From Polyangiales bacterium (lineage in GTDB: Bacteria; Myxococcota_A; Polyangia; Polyangiales; Ga0077539): a stretch of DNA of 64,000 bases. Positions 61,812-64,000 of this stretch are shown here, piece by piece. The stretch's first letter is position 1; each line of letters begins with the position of its first letter. The stretch covers positions 32,001-96,000 of the forward strand of contig JBGARZ010000019.1 in the NCBI GenBank assembly GCA_044229975.1, read 5' to 3'. The translations under genes and the position numbers were made by a program. Below the pieces are notes generated by a model that worked only from the letters and a program-made list of their open reading frames with translations, did not search any database and was not told where the DNA came from.

Positions 61812-62873
61812 TCACCTCCCCGCGAGGTGACGCCACCGCCACACCACGATCCGCATCGCGCCCGCGTGACGGAGGGCAGTGTCGGTCAGGCCGCGTGAGC
61901 CCTCGTGGCGCAGCGTGTCCGAGCCGTCGAGCACTCCGTCACCGTTGGCGTCGGCGACCAGCGCGCCGATGTGATCCCAGGCGCGAGGGAGGCTGTGCCC
62001 GGCGTCTTCGGCGTAGTCGATGGTGACGAGGTCGCCCGGCCGAACGTCGCTCCCCCACCGCAGCGTGACGGCTCCATCGGCGCCGCGAATGGCTCCATCG
62101 GTCTCCACCCGCAGCACCCCGCTCTGCGCCACGGCGTACTCGTGGATGCCCGCCACCGAGGTGTACCGGACGGCGCGCATCCCGGAGGCGCGGAGCCCGC
62201 CGATGAGCACGTCGGCGCAGTCGGCGCCGGTGTAGCGGTCGGTCTGGTGGGTCGCGTCGGTTCCGCCGTTGGAGCCGAAGACGCTGGTGACGTGGAAGTA
62301 GGTCGAGAGCCAGCCGAGGTAGTCGTCGCCGCTGCGGTAGCTCACGCGCATCACCGTGGGCGACAGGCCCAACGTGTCGACGGCCGATTCGTTGGGTGTA
62401 CGTACGATCTGCCCGCCGGGGAGCGTGACGTCGGCCGCGTACCACGACGATCCGGCGCCGCCGTGCTCGTCGCCAGCATTGCGGACGGTGAGCGTCGGGC
62501 CCTCGGAGGCGACGGCGGCGGTCTCGTACTCCAGATGGTCGTAGCCGATCCAACGGCCGTGGCGCGGGCCGAAGAGGACGGCGTTGGAGAAGCTGGTGAG
62601 GCCGGGGTTGGGCGAGGGGGAGTCGCGGTGCTCGGTGCGCGGGACGACGCGATGCCAGCGGACGGTCGCGCCGGGCGGGAGCGGGGAGAGGCGGCCTCGC
62701 GCGGAGGCCATGACGGTGAGCGTGACGGGGTCGCCGACGCGGGCCTGGACGGGTGCGGTCGACCACGCGGGGCGGGCGGCGGTCTGCGCGACGACGCGCA
62801 CCGTGACGGGTTGCGCGGTGGCGACCGCGGGCAGGAGCGAGGCGAGGAGGAGGGGCAGGAGGGTCGCCTTCAC
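61812..62873 (-). CDS. Secreted protein with possible NlpC/P60-like Cys-His domain and EF-hand-like loop
   Basis: Signal peptide from GTG 62873; GADCAD, PGDLV, DHIG; DANGDGVLDGSD. Confidence 0.55.
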   Translation of the reverse strand: MKATLLPLLLASLLPAVATAQPVTVRVVAQTAARPAWSTAPVQARVGDPVTLTVMASARGRLSPLPPGATVRWHRVVPRTEHRDSPSPNPGLTSFSNAVLFGPRHGRWIGYDHLEYETAAVASEGPTLTVRNAGDEHGGAGSSWYAADVTLPGGQIVRTPNESAVDTLGLSPTVMRVSYRSGDDYLGWLSTYFHVTSVFGSNGGTDATHQTDRYTGADCADVLIGGLRASGMRAVRYTSVAGIHEYAVAQSGVLRVETDGAIRGADGAVTLRWGSDVRPGDLVTIDYAEDAGHSLPRAWDHIGALVADANGDGVLDGSDTLRHEGSRGLTDTALRHAGAMRIVVWRWRHLAGR

Positions 62874-62958
62874 GGGATGGACACCGTAGAGCAATCACTC
62901 ACGCTCGCCCAATGCGTCCCTTCGGGTAAGGTCGTCGACCGCGGGCCTGACCGGGAGC

Positions 62959-64000
62959 TCAGCGCGCCCGCAGCCACGCCAGCAGCGCCGCGCGATCGTC
63001 CTCCGCCAGCTCCGTGCCCCACTCGTGCCCCGGCACCGCGCCCACGCCGTGCACCCCGCGGTACGTCGGGCTCAATCGCTCCCGCGAGAACAACTCCTCC
63101 AGCGTCGCCACCGAGCCGTCGTGCAGGTACGGCCCGGCCTCGCCCACCGCGATCAGTGCCGGTGGCCGGTAGCGACCCGTCCCGCGCCCGTGGCCCGTCG
63201 CCAGCGCCGCGTTGGTGCCCACTCGCGCGGCGGTCACCAGCGGGCCGCCACCCGCCGCGTTGCTGTGACATCCGCGGCATTGTTCATTGAACAACCGCTC
63301 TCCCCGCGAGAGCAACGCGGCGTCTCTCGGGTAACGAGGCGGCGCTTGCAGGGTGTAGAGGTACATCGCGAGCGCCCAGGCGAGCTCGCGCGGTGGGCGC
63401 ACCCGCTCGTGGTTGGAGTGCAGGAGCTGCGTCTCCTGGCGTATCGCGAGCGCCGCCGGGCCGACGTGTCGAAGCGTCCCCGCCTGGGTGAGGTACTGCT
63501 GGTCGCGCAGGCCCCACAGGTCGGGGATCGCCACCGGGTCTTCGTCGCGGTCTTCGGTCACGTCGGCGCGCCCGCGACCCCAGGTGCGCATCCGCCGCGC
63601 GAGCTCGGGGTCGACGGATGTCCCGGTGTCGGCGTGGTAGGCGAGGCGCATTCGTCCGTAGTCGAACGATCGCCGCGCGCGGCCCACCACGAGCGCGCCG
63701 TCCGCCACGTCGGTGTGGCAGAGCGCGCAGGTGATGCCGACCCGCGCCTCACCGTCGACGTCGCGAAAGCGAACCGCGCCAGGGTAGGTTCCGTCGGGCG
63801 CGCGGAGGATGCCGACGTCGAGCGCGAGCGGCGGGCGGCCGAGGGCGTGCTCGACGTAGACCTCGGCCCTCAACGGATATCGGAAGAACACCTCGCGCCC
63901 CAGCGACACCCATTGGGACATCGATGAAGGGCGACGGCCGTCCCACAACGGCGCGACGCCTTCGAGGGACGGCGACGGCGCATCGGTGACGGGGACGGAG
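62959..64000 (-). CDS. Di-heme c-type cytochrome (CCP/MauG/RoxA-like), 5' end outside window
   Basis: CALCH and CRGCH heme motifs, PYLHDGSV.TL; frame stays open to the window edge. Confidence 0.8.
   Translation of the reverse strand, partial: SVPVTDAPSPSLEGVAPLWDGRRPSSMSQWVSLGREVFFRYPLRAEVYVEHALGRPPLALDVGILRAPDGTYPGAVRFRDVDGEARVGITCALCHTDVADGALVVGRARRSFDYGRMRLAYHADTGTSVDPELARRMRTWGRGRADVTEDRDEDPVAIPDLWGLRDQQYLTQAGTLRHVGPAALAIRQETQLLHSNHERVRPPRELAWALAMYLYTLQAPPRYPRDAALLSRGERLFNEQCRGCHSNAAGGGPLVTAARVGTNAALATGHGRGTGRYRPPALIAVGEAGPYLHDGSVATLEELFSRERLSPTYRGVHGVGAVPGHEWGTELAEDDRAALLAWLRAR

Overview
High-GC (roughly 70-75% by eye), gene-dense chromosomal window. The gene set points to a myxobacterium (Myxococcota, probably Polyangia-like; inference): CdnL/CarD, PilZ, a GltJ/AgmX-like ZnR-GYF protein, several Ser/Thr kinases and Cys/Pro-rich lipoproteins. 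About 55 CDS are supportable, mostly housekeeping or envelope genes: rng, cdnL, gshB, etfBA, hpt, acyl-CoA carboxylase beta, ppx, type III glutamine synthetase, agmatinase, ggt and an exbB-exbD-tonB-TBDR-lipoprotein operon. I recognised no rRNA, tRNA, transposase, integrase or CRISPR-cas genes. The best candidate for an undescribed system is a 151-aa Tat/lipobox protein with three near-identical Asp/Gly/Arg cores (QTG[VI]TD[GA]DSGxY[AS]DxVxxGRG), encoded 36 bp upstream of a ROX-family JmjC 2OG-Fe(II) oxygenase; together they look like a RiPP-type precursor-modifier pair (48705-50390). Other notable items: a translationally coupled MFS-GNAT-condensation acyltransferase-methyltransferase-desaturase cassette (35342-40316), an orphan fliQ/fliR-like pair behind the GltJ-like gene, a 42-bp-period palindromic array with perfect 36-bp inverted repeats, a tandem HTH/pseudo-receiver regulator, a pseudokinase, a structured cdnL leader and a histone-H1-like protein. 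All family calls come from motif recognition by eye; no database searches were run.
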